From: Lachnospiraceae bacterium | GTDB lineage: Bacteria > Bacillota > Clostridia > Lachnospirales > Lachnospiraceae | Reading direction: 5' to 3' | Assembly: GCA_024404675.1 (NCBI GenBank) | Contig: JAKSPO010000009.1 | Location: 16,196 to 80,195, forward strand | Length of the DNA stretch: 64,000 nucleotides | Shown here: positions 45,869 through 54,760 of the stretch, piece after piece | Numbering within the stretch: the first letter of the stretch is position 1 | Layout of the letters: the number at the start of each line of letters is the position of its first letter | Notes under the pieces: model-generated | Database searches by the model: none | What the model saw: the letters and a program-made list of their open reading frames with translations, nothing else | What the model was told of the DNA's origin: nothing | Position numbers and translations under genes: made by a program

Positions 45869-47058
45869 TGAAAAATGACAGAGGGACTATTTTAGCGAGC
45901 TACCTTGGCTTTGTGGTGCAGGGAATCGTCAACAACATAAACCCGATTTTTTTTGTAATCTATCGGGAGCGGTTCGGTTTGAGCTTTGCGCAGGTCGGCG
46001 CACTGATTACCGTCAATTTCGGCGTGCAGATACTGGTTGATTTCACGGCGGCGCAGGTGGCCGGGAAGCTTTCCTATCGGAAGGGTATGATTGCTTCAAG
46101 CATCTGCAGCTTCACCGGCTTGTGCGGCATCGGCTGCATGGCATTTCTCCGCTCCGGGCATTTTGCCTGGATTCTCGGCTGCGTCATCTTAAATGCCATC
46201 GGCGGCGGGCTTTTGGAGGTGCTCGCAAGTCCTCTAGTAGAGGCGGTACCTTCCTCTTCGGCAAAGGATAAGGCGATGAGCCTGCTGCATTCCTTCTACT
46301 GCTGGGGCTGTCTCACATTTGTCGGTGTATCCACAATCCTATTGAAGCTGCTCGGTGACGAGCGCTGGTACATCATACCGTTTCTCTGGGCGATATTACC
46401 GCTTCTTGACGGAATTGCCTTCTGCTTCGTGCCGATCTACACGCTTCCTTCTGATGCGCAGATTGTTAAGCGGCGCAGTTTGTTTGGAAATCCGATGTTT
46501 CTATTACTGATGTTTATGATGCTGATGGCAGGGGCGTCGGAGATGGGAATGTCGCAGTGGGCCTCCTATTTTGCTGAGACCGGACTCGGGGTGGATAAGA
46601 CAATCGGCGATTTGTGTGGTCCGTGCTTCTTCTGCCTGATGATGGGACTAGCGAGACTTCTGTTCGGTCGTTCCGGTGACCGTCTTCCTTTGAGACGCTT
46701 TTTTGTGTACAGTTGCCTGCTGGGCGTTGCGACATACCTGCTCGCTGCACTTTCCCCGCTTCCGTGGCTCGGGCTTCTCGCTTGCGGCTTCTGCGGTCTG
46801 TCGGTCGGAATTATGTGGCCGGGAACGTACAGCATCGCCTCGGTGGAATGCAAGGAGGGCGGCACGAGAATGTTCGCATTTCTCGCATTGGCGGGTGACC
46901 TGGGGTGCACAGGTGGCCCGAAGCTTGTGGAATTCGGTGCAGAGCTCTTTCCGGAGAAGGGACTTTCAGCGGGGTTACTTCTGGGAGCGATCTTTCCGTT
47001 TCTACTTCTGTGCTCGGTGGTCGTTCTTGGTATGATGACGAACAAAAAAGGACAATAA
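45868..47058 (+). CDS. MFS transporter
   Basis: About 396 aa with 12 hydrophobic segments. The start overlaps the alaX stop. Confidence 0.7.
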   Translation: MKNDRGTILASYLGFVVQGIVNNINPIFFVIYRERFGLSFAQVGALITVNFGVQILVDFTAAQVAGKLSYRKGMIASSICSFTGLCGIGCMAFLRSGHFAWILGCVILNAIGGGLLEVLASPLVEAVPSSSAKDKAMSLLHSFYCWGCLTFVGVSTILLKLLGDERWYIIPFLWAILPLLDGIAFCFVPIYTLPSDAQIVKRRSLFGNPMFLLLMFMMLMAGASEMGMSQWASYFAETGLGVDKTIGDLCGPCFFCLMMGLARLLFGRSGDRLPLRRFFVYSCLLGVATYLLAALSPLPWLGLLACGFCGLSVGIMWPGTYSIASVECKEGGTRMFAFLALAGDLGCTGGPKLVEFGAELFPEKGLSAGLLLGAIFPFLLLCSVVVLGMMTNKKGQ

Positions 47059-47074
47059 AGGAGAACAGGCGATT

Positions 47075-47761
47075 ATGAAGAAACTTGTTTACGCATTGCT
47101 TCTGATTACCGTACTTATCACATTTTCCGCCTGTGGAGGAAGTGATGACGAAGAGAGCAATATGATTTCAGCGGTTAAGGTTAACCGAAAATGGATGAAA
47201 AAGCAGGCTAGTAAGCTTGCTGAGGAGCTGACCACGGAGATGAAGGACGGCCGGATGTACACCCTTTCGTACCGGGATTATGAATCGGCGCTTCGGACGG
47301 CGGGGGTGGCCGATATTGAATTTGATGAGAAGAAGGATATCATGGTGCTTGAGCTCTCCGAGAAAATGCTTCGCCGGAAATATCTGGAGGCCTTCGAGGA
47401 TACAAAGGAGCTTCCGGAGGAGTATTACGAAAGGATGCGCGCACTTGTATATGCGTCCGCTCCTATGAGCCTTACCATGGCAACCGGAGAGAACAGACTT
47501 GAGCCTGTGAACGAGAGAATCGTTCTGTGCAGCGCAAGCAGAACCGGATGCTCCTATGCGACGGTCGAAAAGAGCGGCGAGACGGAGTACTGGCTTCTTC
47601 CCACCAATTGTGACAACGCGTACATTTCAGTTGCTTTCGAATACAGTGGGGATCATGTGATTCAGCTCACCGCATCGCTTGTACTTCTTGCAAAGGATCT
47701 TAGCCTCGAGGAGGCTGCCGAATGCATTGATTTTGAATTGAAGAAGCTTTCCGAAGAATAA
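47075..47761 (+). CDS. hypothetical lipoprotein
   Basis: 228 aa. Lipobox 'ITFSACGGSDD'. No known motifs. Confidence 0.55.
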   Translation: MKKLVYALLLITVLITFSACGGSDDEESNMISAVKVNRKWMKKQASKLAEELTTEMKDGRMYTLSYRDYESALRTAGVADIEFDEKKDIMVLELSEKMLRRKYLEAFEDTKELPEEYYERMRALVYASAPMSLTMATGENRLEPVNERIVLCSASRTGCSYATVEKSGETEYWLLPTNCDNAYISVAFEYSGDHVIQLTASLVLLAKDLSLEEAAECIDFELKKLSEE

Positions 47762-47790
47762 CGGTCGGAAGGCCCGAACGGGGGAACGGA

Positions 47791-49404
47791 ATGGAACGAA
47801 TCAAGGGACGCAGCCTTTCGGCGCAGATTGTAATGGGAAATATCCGCATATGCGGCAGAACCCTGAGACGCCCGGCACCGGCTACGGTTAAGGACGTCGA
47901 AGCGGAGGTACTGCGCTATGAGGAGGCGGTTTCGGTTGCCGCGAAGGAGCTTCGCGCGCTTTCCGTTCAGGCGGGGCAAAGCGTCGGCAGCTGGAACGCA
48001 CGTATTTTCGATGTGCATGCGATGATGGTGGAGGATCCGGAATACCGCGAGCAGGTTGTCGGAACAATCCGCCAAAGCGGATTTGACGCTGCCTATTCCG
48101 TGATGCTCATCGGAGAGCGGTACGTCAGTCTTTTCGATGGCATGGAGGATGAATATTTTCGCGCGCGGGCGCAGGACGTGGCCGATATCACAGAGAGACT
48201 TCTGCGGATTCTTCTCGGGGAAGCGGGGGAGACGGCAGCGGAGGCTCCGGCGATTATCGTTACCAAGGAGATTACGCCCGGCGAGCTTGTGCAGCAGGCA
48301 AATGGCAGCGTTCTCGGGGTGGTAACGTCTCAGGGCGCTTATTATTCCCACGCCTCCATTCTTGCAAGAAGTATGGAACTGCCGGCAGTTGCAGGCATCA
48401 CGGTCAATGCATCCATGAATGGTCATCCGGCAATTCTTGACGGTGTGAAGGGGGTTCTGATCCTTGACCCGGACGAGGCAACAATCGAGGAATATACGAG
48501 GCTTCTTTCGGAAAGAGAGCATAACAAAGCAGTACTTCTTGCGGGCGGCAATGCGCCTACTGTGACAAGAACCGGAAAGCATATTCCACTTCGTGCAAAT
48601 ATCGGGGAGCTTTCGGAGCTTAAGACCGCTTTGGAGCTCGGCGCGGATGGAATCGGGCTTCTTCGTACGGAGTTTCTCTTCCTGAACGCAGAGCATCTGC
48701 CGAACGAAGAGGAGCAGTTTCTTTTCTACAAAAAAGCGGTGGAAGCGATGTCCGGGCGTAAGGTTGTGATTCGGACTTTAGATATCGGCGCAGACAAGCC
48801 TATGCCGTATCTTAAGCAGGATGAGGAGCAGAATCCGGCACTTGGCTGTCGGGCAATTCGTTATGCGTTATCGAATCCGTCGCTGTTAAAGACGCAGCTT
48901 CGTGCGATCAGACGTGCTTCCCTCTATGGCGATGTTTTGGTACTGTATCCGATGATCAGTGCGGAATGGGAGCTTACGGCGCTTGCGGCAATCGAGGAGG
49001 AGGTTGAGGCAGCTCTTATTGCGGAGGGCTATACCCTGCCCCGGGCAGCTCGAGGGATCATGATTGAAACACCGGCAGCCGCAATCCTCAGTGACCGACT
49101 TTCGGAGCGGGTCGATTTTTTAAGCATCGGTACTAACGATCTGGCACAGTACGTTCTTGCGGTGGACAGACAGAACAGCAGTCTTTCCGACTATTACGAC
49201 CCGGGAAGCGAGGCGGTGCTTCGGATGATTTCTATGGTAATCGGCAATGCACACCGAAAGGGTATACCGGTTTCCGTGTGTGGCGAGCTTGCCGCAGATG
49301 CTACGGCCACGGCGAAGCTGATCGAAATGGGGGTGGATGAGCTTTCGGTAACACCGATGCATTTACCTGCAGTTCGAAAGGCAATCCGTGACTGTGAAGC
49401 ATAG
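47791..49404 (+). CDS. ptsI: phosphoenolpyruvate-protein phosphotransferase (PTS enzyme I)
   Basis: 537 aa. Phosphohistidine region 'GAYYSHASILARSMELPAV', 'GLLRTEFLF' and 'IGTNDLAQY' motifs. Confidence 0.9.
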   Translation: MERIKGRSLSAQIVMGNIRICGRTLRRPAPATVKDVEAEVLRYEEAVSVAAKELRALSVQAGQSVGSWNARIFDVHAMMVEDPEYREQVVGTIRQSGFDAAYSVMLIGERYVSLFDGMEDEYFRARAQDVADITERLLRILLGEAGETAAEAPAIIVTKEITPGELVQQANGSVLGVVTSQGAYYSHASILARSMELPAVAGITVNASMNGHPAILDGVKGVLILDPDEATIEEYTRLLSEREHNKAVLLAGGNAPTVTRTGKHIPLRANIGELSELKTALELGADGIGLLRTEFLFLNAEHLPNEEEQFLFYKKAVEAMSGRKVVIRTLDIGADKPMPYLKQDEEQNPALGCRAIRYALSNPSLLKTQLRAIRRASLYGDVLVLYPMISAEWELTALAAIEEEVEAALIAEGYTLPRAARGIMIETPAAAILSDRLSERVDFLSIGTNDLAQYVLAVDRQNSSLSDYYDPGSEAVLRMISMVIGNAHRKGIPVSVCGELAADATATAKLIEMGVDELSVTPMHLPAVRKAIRDCEA

Positions 49405-49519
49405 AGCGTAGGACCGGCAGGAGCCCTGGATGATTTGTTGGATAATCCCCCTCGGAAGTATCGGTAGTACCGAACATAGGCAGATAGCTTCCGAAGGGGC
49501 AACAATATAGAAAAAAATG

Positions 49520-49548
49520 TTGACAAGCATATATAATCGTGGTAATTT
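49520..49548 (+). promoter_or_regulatory. promoter of the cold-shock gene (long 5' UTR)
   Basis: TTGACA (49520-49525), 17-nt spacer, TAATTT (49543-49548) with TGg extension. This leaves a ~130-nt leader, as is common for csp genes. Confidence 0.55.
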
Positions 49549-49685
49549 TAAAATGCAGTCAGGTGAATAGACAGACCCACAAGTTGTGTGTATTACATGA
49601 TTTGTCGGTTTGTTTTTTATTTTTAGGGAGTAATATCTTTAGAACGTTTGATGTGCAAGATTTTTTATGAAGGAGGTACTGGTTC

Positions 49686-49895
49686 ATGACTGGTACAGTT
49701 AAGTGGTTCAACGCTCAGAAGGGTTATGGTTTCATTAGCAACGATGAGGGCGGCGAGGATGTATTCGTACATTTCTCCGCTATTCAGAGCGAAGGCTTTA
49801 AGACTCTTGAAGAGGGCCAGAAGGTTTCTTTCGAGACCGAGCAGGATCCTAAGGATTCCAAGAAGCTTCGTGCTGTAAATGTTGTTGCTATGTAA
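49686..49895 (+). CDS. cold-shock protein (CspA family)
   Basis: 69 aa. '[15 protein letters not shown]' (RNP1) and 'DVFVHFSAI' (RNP2). Confidence 0.95.
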   Translation: MTGTVKWFNAQKGYGFISNDEGGEDVFVHFSAIQSEGFKTLEEGQKVSFETEQDPKDSKKLRAVNVVAM

Positions 49896-49933
49896 TATAT
49901 CAATAACAGCGAACAGAATGCGAACTTGAAAAG

Positions 49934-49965
49934 GGCTGCACACATAGTTGTGTAGCCTTTTTTTC
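49934..49965 (+). terminator. rho-independent terminator after csp
   Basis: GGCTGCACA pairs with TGTGTAGCC, followed by T7. Confidence 0.75.
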
Positions 49966-49999
49966 TTTATGGGAAGGTTCGATTTTTTTTTATAAAAAA

Positions 50000-50027
50000 T
50001 GAATGTCAGGACTGTTTCATTCGTCTA
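50000..50027 (+). promoter_or_regulatory. ECF-sigma-type promoter candidate (copy 1)
   Basis: TGAATG (50000-50005), 16-nt spacer, CGTCTA (50022-50027). A near-identical element recurs at 51814-51841. Confidence 0.55.
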
Positions 50028-50061
50028 TCAGATGTCCGAAAGGAACGACGAATAAAGGAGA

Positions 50062-51651
50062 ATGATGAATATGGATTCAAAAATGGATTTTGAGAAGCTT
50101 TACAGGGATAATTATCAGGCGGTATATTATACCGCGCTGCAGCTGATGGGGGATTCGTATGCAGCGGAGGATATCACGCAGGAAGTGTTTATTACGGCAT
50201 TTACCAGATATGAGAGTCTGCGGGATACGGACAGCTTTCAGGCGTGGGCGAAGAAAATCGCTGCGAACAAATGCATCGATGAGCTGCGAAAGAAGCGCCC
50301 GATCGCCATGGAGGATTCGGATCTGGAGGCTGTCGCAGAGCTCGAGCCGGAGGAGAATTTTCTTCCGGAGGAATATGTGTTGAACGCAGAAAAGCGTCAG
50401 ACAGTTCTTGGAATTATGAAACAGGTGCTCTCAAAAAAGCAGTACGAAACCGTGTTTCTTTACTATTTCGATGAGCTTTCCATGACGGAGATTGCAAAGC
50501 TTCAGAACATTCCCGAGGGAACGGTACTGTCCAGATTATCGAATGCGAGGGCGAAGATCAAAAAGGGAGTTCTGGAGCACGAGAAGAAGCATGACGAGAA
50601 GCTTTACAGTACGGCAATCGTTCCGCTGCTTGCGCTTCTGTTCCGCTATGAGGCCGAGTCGGTAGGAATTCCTGCAGCTATGCCGCCGGCTGTTGCGAGT
50701 GCGATTTCATCCGGCAGCTCAGCGGCGGAGGGAGCCGGTTCGGCGGCAGGTGTAACGGCAGGCGGCGCGTCGGCCGGAGCAGCCGCAGGAAAGGGACTTA
50801 GTATGGCAATCATTGCTGCCGTTACGGTATTGGTTGCCGGAGCTGTTCTGGCAGCAGTTCTTTTTTTCAACCGCGGCGGGGAGCAGGACACGAAATCTAA
50901 GGCTGAAACCGAACAAAGCGGTGTAAAGCGTGAGGAAAGTAACCCGACACCGGAGGCTGAACCGACTATAGAGGTGACGCAGCAGCCGAGTCCCGCTGTA
51001 ACAGCAGTGCCCACCGAAGAACCGATTCTGACACCGACACCGGAACCGACATCAACACCCGGTGCGATTATAGAGGGAATTACGGTCTCCTTTGACGGCC
51101 TCAGCATTGAACTCGGAAAGACGACCGTTCGCGATATTATCGACGATGAGAAGACCGACTGGGTATCCGATCTGTGGTACCGGGAGGAGGGGATGCTTCT
51201 GCCGGGAACGGAGGGTATGTATCCATTGAAGAGCTATTATTGGCTCAGTGTTTCTCAGGGGGAGAACTTCGACAGCCTGAGCGAAGAGGACAAGAAATAT
51301 CTTTATGGTGACGGGGAAGAATATCTCTTCGATATCTGCAACCTGTCGGAGAAGGAGGTCGCGGAGGCTGACGGGGTCATCATCGGATTTTCCTTCACGG
51401 CTCCCGAATCCGACTGGCGTCGTTCACCGTCCATCGAGGTAAACGGTCTGCGCTTCGGAAACAGTATGGATGAGGTCAGAGCGACTATGGGAGATCTTTC
51501 CGTTACACACAGCGAAGCATTCGATGGAACTGAAACCTGGTATTATTCAGACGGGCATGACTGCTTATATTTCCATTTTACGGAGGATGGCAGAGTGAAC
51601 GGCATCAGCTTCAGCTATGATTATGAGGGAAAGCCGGTGGAACGCGAATGA
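50062..51651 (+). CDS. ECF-type sigma-70 factor fused to a TM segment and ~260-aa extracytoplasmic domain
   Basis: 529 aa. Region 2 ('EDITQEVFITAF...FQAWAKKIAANKCIDELRKKRP'), region 4 ('YETVFLYYFDELSMTEIAKLQNIPEGTVLSRLSNARAKIKKG'), an Ala/Gly-rich stretch, TM 'MAIIAAVTVLVAGAVLAAVLFF', a Pro/Thr/Glu linker and a C-terminal globular part. The start could be ATG at 50062, 50065 or 50071. Confidence 0.75.
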   Translation: MMNMDSKMDFEKLYRDNYQAVYYTALQLMGDSYAAEDITQEVFITAFTRYESLRDTDSFQAWAKKIAANKCIDELRKKRPIAMEDSDLEAVAELEPEENFLPEEYVLNAEKRQTVLGIMKQVLSKKQYETVFLYYFDELSMTEIAKLQNIPEGTVLSRLSNARAKIKKGVLEHEKKHDEKLYSTAIVPLLALLFRYEAESVGIPAAMPPAVASAISSGSSAAEGAGSAAGVTAGGASAGAAAGKGLSMAIIAAVTVLVAGAVLAAVLFFNRGGEQDTKSKAETEQSGVKREESNPTPEAEPTIEVTQQPSPAVTAVPTEEPILTPTPEPTSTPGAIIEGITVSFDGLSIELGKTTVRDIIDDEKTDWVSDLWYREEGMLLPGTEGMYPLKSYYWLSVSQGENFDSLSEEDKKYLYGDGEEYLFDICNLSEKEVAEADGVIIGFSFTAPESDWRRSPSIEVNGLRFGNSMDEVRATMGDLSVTHSEAFDGTETWYYSDGHDCLYFHFTEDGRVNGISFSYDYEGKPVERE

Positions 51652-51794
51652 TGACGGAAGGAATGGGTGAAGCGGAGGAGCCGATTCTTACACGCATTTT
51701 CCGGGCAGAGGCTGAAAGGATAGAGGTTCCGAAGGATATTCCGGAGACTCTTATAGAGGAATTATTGCGGAAGCAGTCGGGTTATGAGAAATAA
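51648..51794 (+). CDS. possible small acidic protein (48 aa), translationally coupled to the sigma-fusion gene
   Basis: The ATG at 51648 overlaps the TGA of the upstream gene (ATGA). Translation is MMTEGMGEAEEPILTRIFRAEAERIEVPKDIPETLIEELLRKQSGYEK. No independent RBS and no known family. Confidence 0.3.
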   Translation: MMTEGMGEAEEPILTRIFRAEAERIEVPKDIPETLIEELLRKQSGYEK

Positions 51795-51813
51795 AAATTT
51801 TTTTCAAAAATAA

Positions 51814-51841
51814 TGAATGCAGGACGCGTTTATTTCGTCTT
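51814..51841 (+). promoter_or_regulatory. ECF-sigma-type promoter candidate (copy 2)
   Basis: TGAATG (51814-51819), 16-nt spacer, CGTCTT (51836-51841). Flanks (AATGAATG..CAGGAC..CGTCT.ATCAG.TGTC) are shared with 49998-50035. Confidence 0.55.
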
Positions 51842-51878
51842 ATCAGTGTCAGAACAAAAAACAAGGAGAACATGAAGT

Positions 51879-53234
51879 ATGTTTAGAAAAAAATTGATGA
51901 AACCGCTTCTTCTGGTTTGTATGGGAGCAATGCTTCTTACCGGGGTAACGGGTTGCGGAAACAGCTCGGACGGTACGAGCAATTCAAAGACCGGGAAAGG
52001 CGAAGAAAGTGACAAGAAGGGTTCCCTGTTCGAAAAGGAGGACCCGGATGCGGAGGGCAGGCTGACGCTTGCCGACGGAGACCTTAGCTATACGGATTAC
52101 CCGGATTATAACGCAAAGGGAGAATATGCCGGAAACCTTCGTGTATATACGAATCATACCGATAGGGATATCGAGCTTCTTATCACGAACGAAGGCAATG
52201 AGACGCCGCTTCCGATGTTTCTTCCGGCCGGCGGAACTACCTGCCGCTATTTTGGTAACGCGGTGAAGCTTGGGATTACCGATGTTGCCGGCTTCAAAAT
52301 CGTTGAGGTGCCGTATGCCTACGCGGGAGGAGAGGCACATGACGCCGCGGAAGAATACAAGCTTATGCTCTGGAAGACGAGGTCCTCTCTGGAAATGACG
52401 ATTGAGTATGTCGGAAACGATACGGAGCCGTTTGATTGTATGGGCAACTACTATGTCGTTTTTTATGACGCCGACGGACAGGTGCTTTGTGTAAATCATG
52501 TCACCTATACCGATTTCCGAAACACGAAAAAGGGCGACCGTACCGCGGGCTTTTCGACCTTCTTCCGCTGGGCGGACAAGACCTATGACCATGTTGAGGT
52601 ATTCTATCAGCCCGGTGTGAAATTCTACAACGCTACCGACTACAAGGATGCAATCACGATGAGTGAGCTTGCTGTTTATAAGCGATCCAACACTGAACTG
52701 GAAGCGCTTCTTGCGGTGAAGAACACTACCGATGAGCCGTTGTCCGGAAGCTTTTCCATAATCGGATACGATAAGGAGGGAAATGTTGCTGCAACAGCTG
52801 CCGTAGTGGATACGCTTGTTCTGGAAGCAGGTGCCGACACATATATCACGGAGCGAATGAGCCTGTGGCAGGGTTACGACAGCGCAGACTGTATTGACCA
52901 TCTGGAATTCCGTCTGAATTATGTTAGCAGGGTGGAAAAGGATTCAAAACTGTACTATTATGACCTGACCGATAAGCTGACCTGGGGTGCCCCAGAGAAG
53001 GATCCATACATAAACTCCTGGCACATTGATATGAAGAACAATGCGGACGAGCAGGCGGACGTACGCGGCTGCTTCCTGTTCTATGATGCGGCCGGGAATC
53101 TGATCGGCGGCAAATCCTCCAGAACCAGTCTGAAAGCGGGAGAGGATACCGAATTCCGCGTCCTCCCGGACGAGGAGCTTGTAGGCGATGCCGACCATTG
53201 CGAATGCTTCATCCGGGCTACGAAGTCTCATTAA
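51879..53234 (+). CDS. hypothetical lipoprotein
   Basis: 451 aa. Lipobox 'LTGVTGCGNSS'. AAGGAG RBS. No known motif. Confidence 0.6.
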   Translation: MFRKKLMKPLLLVCMGAMLLTGVTGCGNSSDGTSNSKTGKGEESDKKGSLFEKEDPDAEGRLTLADGDLSYTDYPDYNAKGEYAGNLRVYTNHTDRDIELLITNEGNETPLPMFLPAGGTTCRYFGNAVKLGITDVAGFKIVEVPYAYAGGEAHDAAEEYKLMLWKTRSSLEMTIEYVGNDTEPFDCMGNYYVVFYDADGQVLCVNHVTYTDFRNTKKGDRTAGFSTFFRWADKTYDHVEVFYQPGVKFYNATDYKDAITMSELAVYKRSNTELEALLAVKNTTDEPLSGSFSIIGYDKEGNVAATAAVVDTLVLEAGADTYITERMSLWQGYDSADCIDHLEFRLNYVSRVEKDSKLYYYDLTDKLTWGAPEKDPYINSWHIDMKNNADEQADVRGCFLFYDAAGNLIGGKSSRTSLKAGEDTEFRVLPDEELVGDADHCECFIRATKSH

Positions 53235-53252
53235 TAGAAGTGTATCGGATAT

Positions 53253-53312
53253 AAAAAAAGGATCAATGGCTTTGGTGACTTTTTGGGGCACCAAAGACCA
53301 TTGGTCCTTTTC
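53253..53312. terminator. bidirectional terminator between convergent genes
   Basis: AAAGGATCAATGGCTTTGGTG (53257-53277) pairs with CACCAAAGACCATTGGTCCTTT (53289-53310), flanked by A-run and T-run. Confidence 0.75.
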
Positions 53313-53328
53313 GTAGTTAAACAGTAAT

Positions 53329-54522
53329 TCATTCGCCTTCCATGGGGACGCCGGTACCGCTCCAGCCATCTTCGAAATCAGGACCGATTGTCGGCTCCGG
53401 GGACTGTGTCGGCGTCTCGGCTGCAGTCGGTGTCGGAGTAGGAGTAGGCGTCAGGGAAAGGGCAGGCGTAGGCGTCAGGGTAGGCGTCGGTGTAGGCGTC
53501 TCGGTAGGAGCCACGGTAGGTGTCGGCGTCTCGGTAGGAACCTCAGTCGGCTCCGGCGTGGGAGTCGGCGTGGGCGTCGGTGTCGGAAGCTTCGGATGCG
53601 GTGTCGGAATCGGTTCACCGTTCTTGTAAGCGACATACTCCTCGAGGCACATGCCAAGCTCCTTGATCTCTGCGGCGGCCTCTAAGCCGACATAACGGAA
53701 ATGCCACTGCTCGTACATGATACCGGTAATTCTTGTCTTGTTGGAAGGATAACGAAGGATGAAGCCGTACTTGTAGCAGTTCTGGTGCAGCCATTCGTAA
53801 TCATACTCGATCAACCAGACATCTACACCAAGACCGGTACGGTGCTCGCTCGCATTGCCGGGAATCGTTCGCGGCGGATTGTTGTAGGGGTCGAAACCGT
53901 AGTTCGGATCCTCCGAAATATGAGACTGCCAGAAGCCGTCCTGTGTTGCAAAGGTACGATAGCCGCCTGTGGTGGAAATCTTAACCTTAGAGCAGCCCGC
54001 AGCCCGTGCATCGCGGCACATCTTATCGAGCGCCTCGAGCGCAACGCGGTTCAGGCGTCCGTTCTCCTTGTCCTCGATGATATATTCATTCGTATCAAGA
54101 ACATCCGTAAGCTTGCAAAGTCCTTCGGGGTTGCCGGAATACTTTAAGCGACTCTCCCAGTTTACAAGCATCAGATAGTCAATCTCCCAGTTGTCTCCGG
54201 GAAGCGGTGCGGAAGACACATCGGTCGTAACACTACTGCACTGTCCGTATATATAAACGGTCGGCGTCGGTGTCTCGGTCGGCGTGTCACTCGGGGTATC
54301 ACTCGGCGAAGCACCGGGACTCAGGGGAGCGCCGCTCGCCGGACGATCCGGCGTATTCGTTGCAGGATCCGCTCCGGGAGTGTCCTTTTTATGACAGCTG
54401 ACAATAATCAGCACAATAATCAGAATTATAATAACCAAAAGCAGCGAAAGCTCCAGACGACTGGTGGCAAATGCCCGTCTGAGAAATGCCTGAAGGCCGC
54501 TTTCCTTACGTCGATTGCTCAT
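53329..54522 (-). CDS. membrane-anchored M15B (VanY-type) D-alanyl-D-alanine carboxypeptidase with Pro/Thr-rich N- and C-terminal linkers
   Basis: Start chosen at MSNRRK (54522, GGAAAGG RBS); the track ORF extends to 54633. TM '[15 protein letters not shown]'. '[12 protein letters not shown]' and 'EQWHFRYVG' zinc-ligand motifs. C-terminal ([11 protein letters not shown]...) tail. Confidence 0.75.
   Translation of the reverse strand: MSNRRKESGLQAFLRRAFATSRLELSLLLVIIILIIVLIIVSCHKKDTPGADPATNTPDRPASGAPLSPGASPSDTPSDTPTETPTPTVYIYGQCSSVTTDVSSAPLPGDNWEIDYLMLVNWESRLKYSGNPEGLCKLTDVLDTNEYIIEDKENGRLNRVALEALDKMCRDARAAGCSKVKISTTGGYRTFATQDGFWQSHISEDPNYGFDPYNNPPRTIPGNASEHRTGLGVDVWLIEYDYEWLHQNCYKYGFILRYPSNKTRITGIMYEQWHFRYVGLEAAAEIKELGMCLEEYVAYKNGEPIPTPHPKLPTPTPTPTPTPEPTEVPTETPTPTVAPTETPTPTPTLTPTPALSLTPTPTPTPTAAETPTQSPEPTIGPDFEDGWSGTGVPMEGE
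53400..53600 (-). repeat. low-complexity Pro/Thr-coding repeat inside the VanY-like gene
   Basis: Imperfect GGCGTCGG/GGTGTCGG iterations encode PTPTPTP...ETPTPT on the minus strand. Confidence 0.7.
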
Positions 54523-54760
54523 ACCTATTACCTTTCCGGCGTTCGATCCTTCAAGACGAAGGGCGTCTTTTACTAATCTTGTATTCTTTATACATCGCGC
54601 AAAAAATGAAAATACACCAAAATTATACCACATATTAAATAAAAAAGATAGTTTTTTTTACGGCGGGGATGTGTTATACTATGGGTAGTGTCGGCGCGGG
54701 TACGCTCCTTTCGGAGATACGGCGCAGAATATGACAGTAATGATAAAGAGAGGCATAACA

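Noticed and set aside
53342-53629. 95-aa plus-strand ORF rich in GVGVGVG repeats.
   Set aside because: It is the antisense reading of the Pro/Thr-linker coding repeat of the VanY-like gene.
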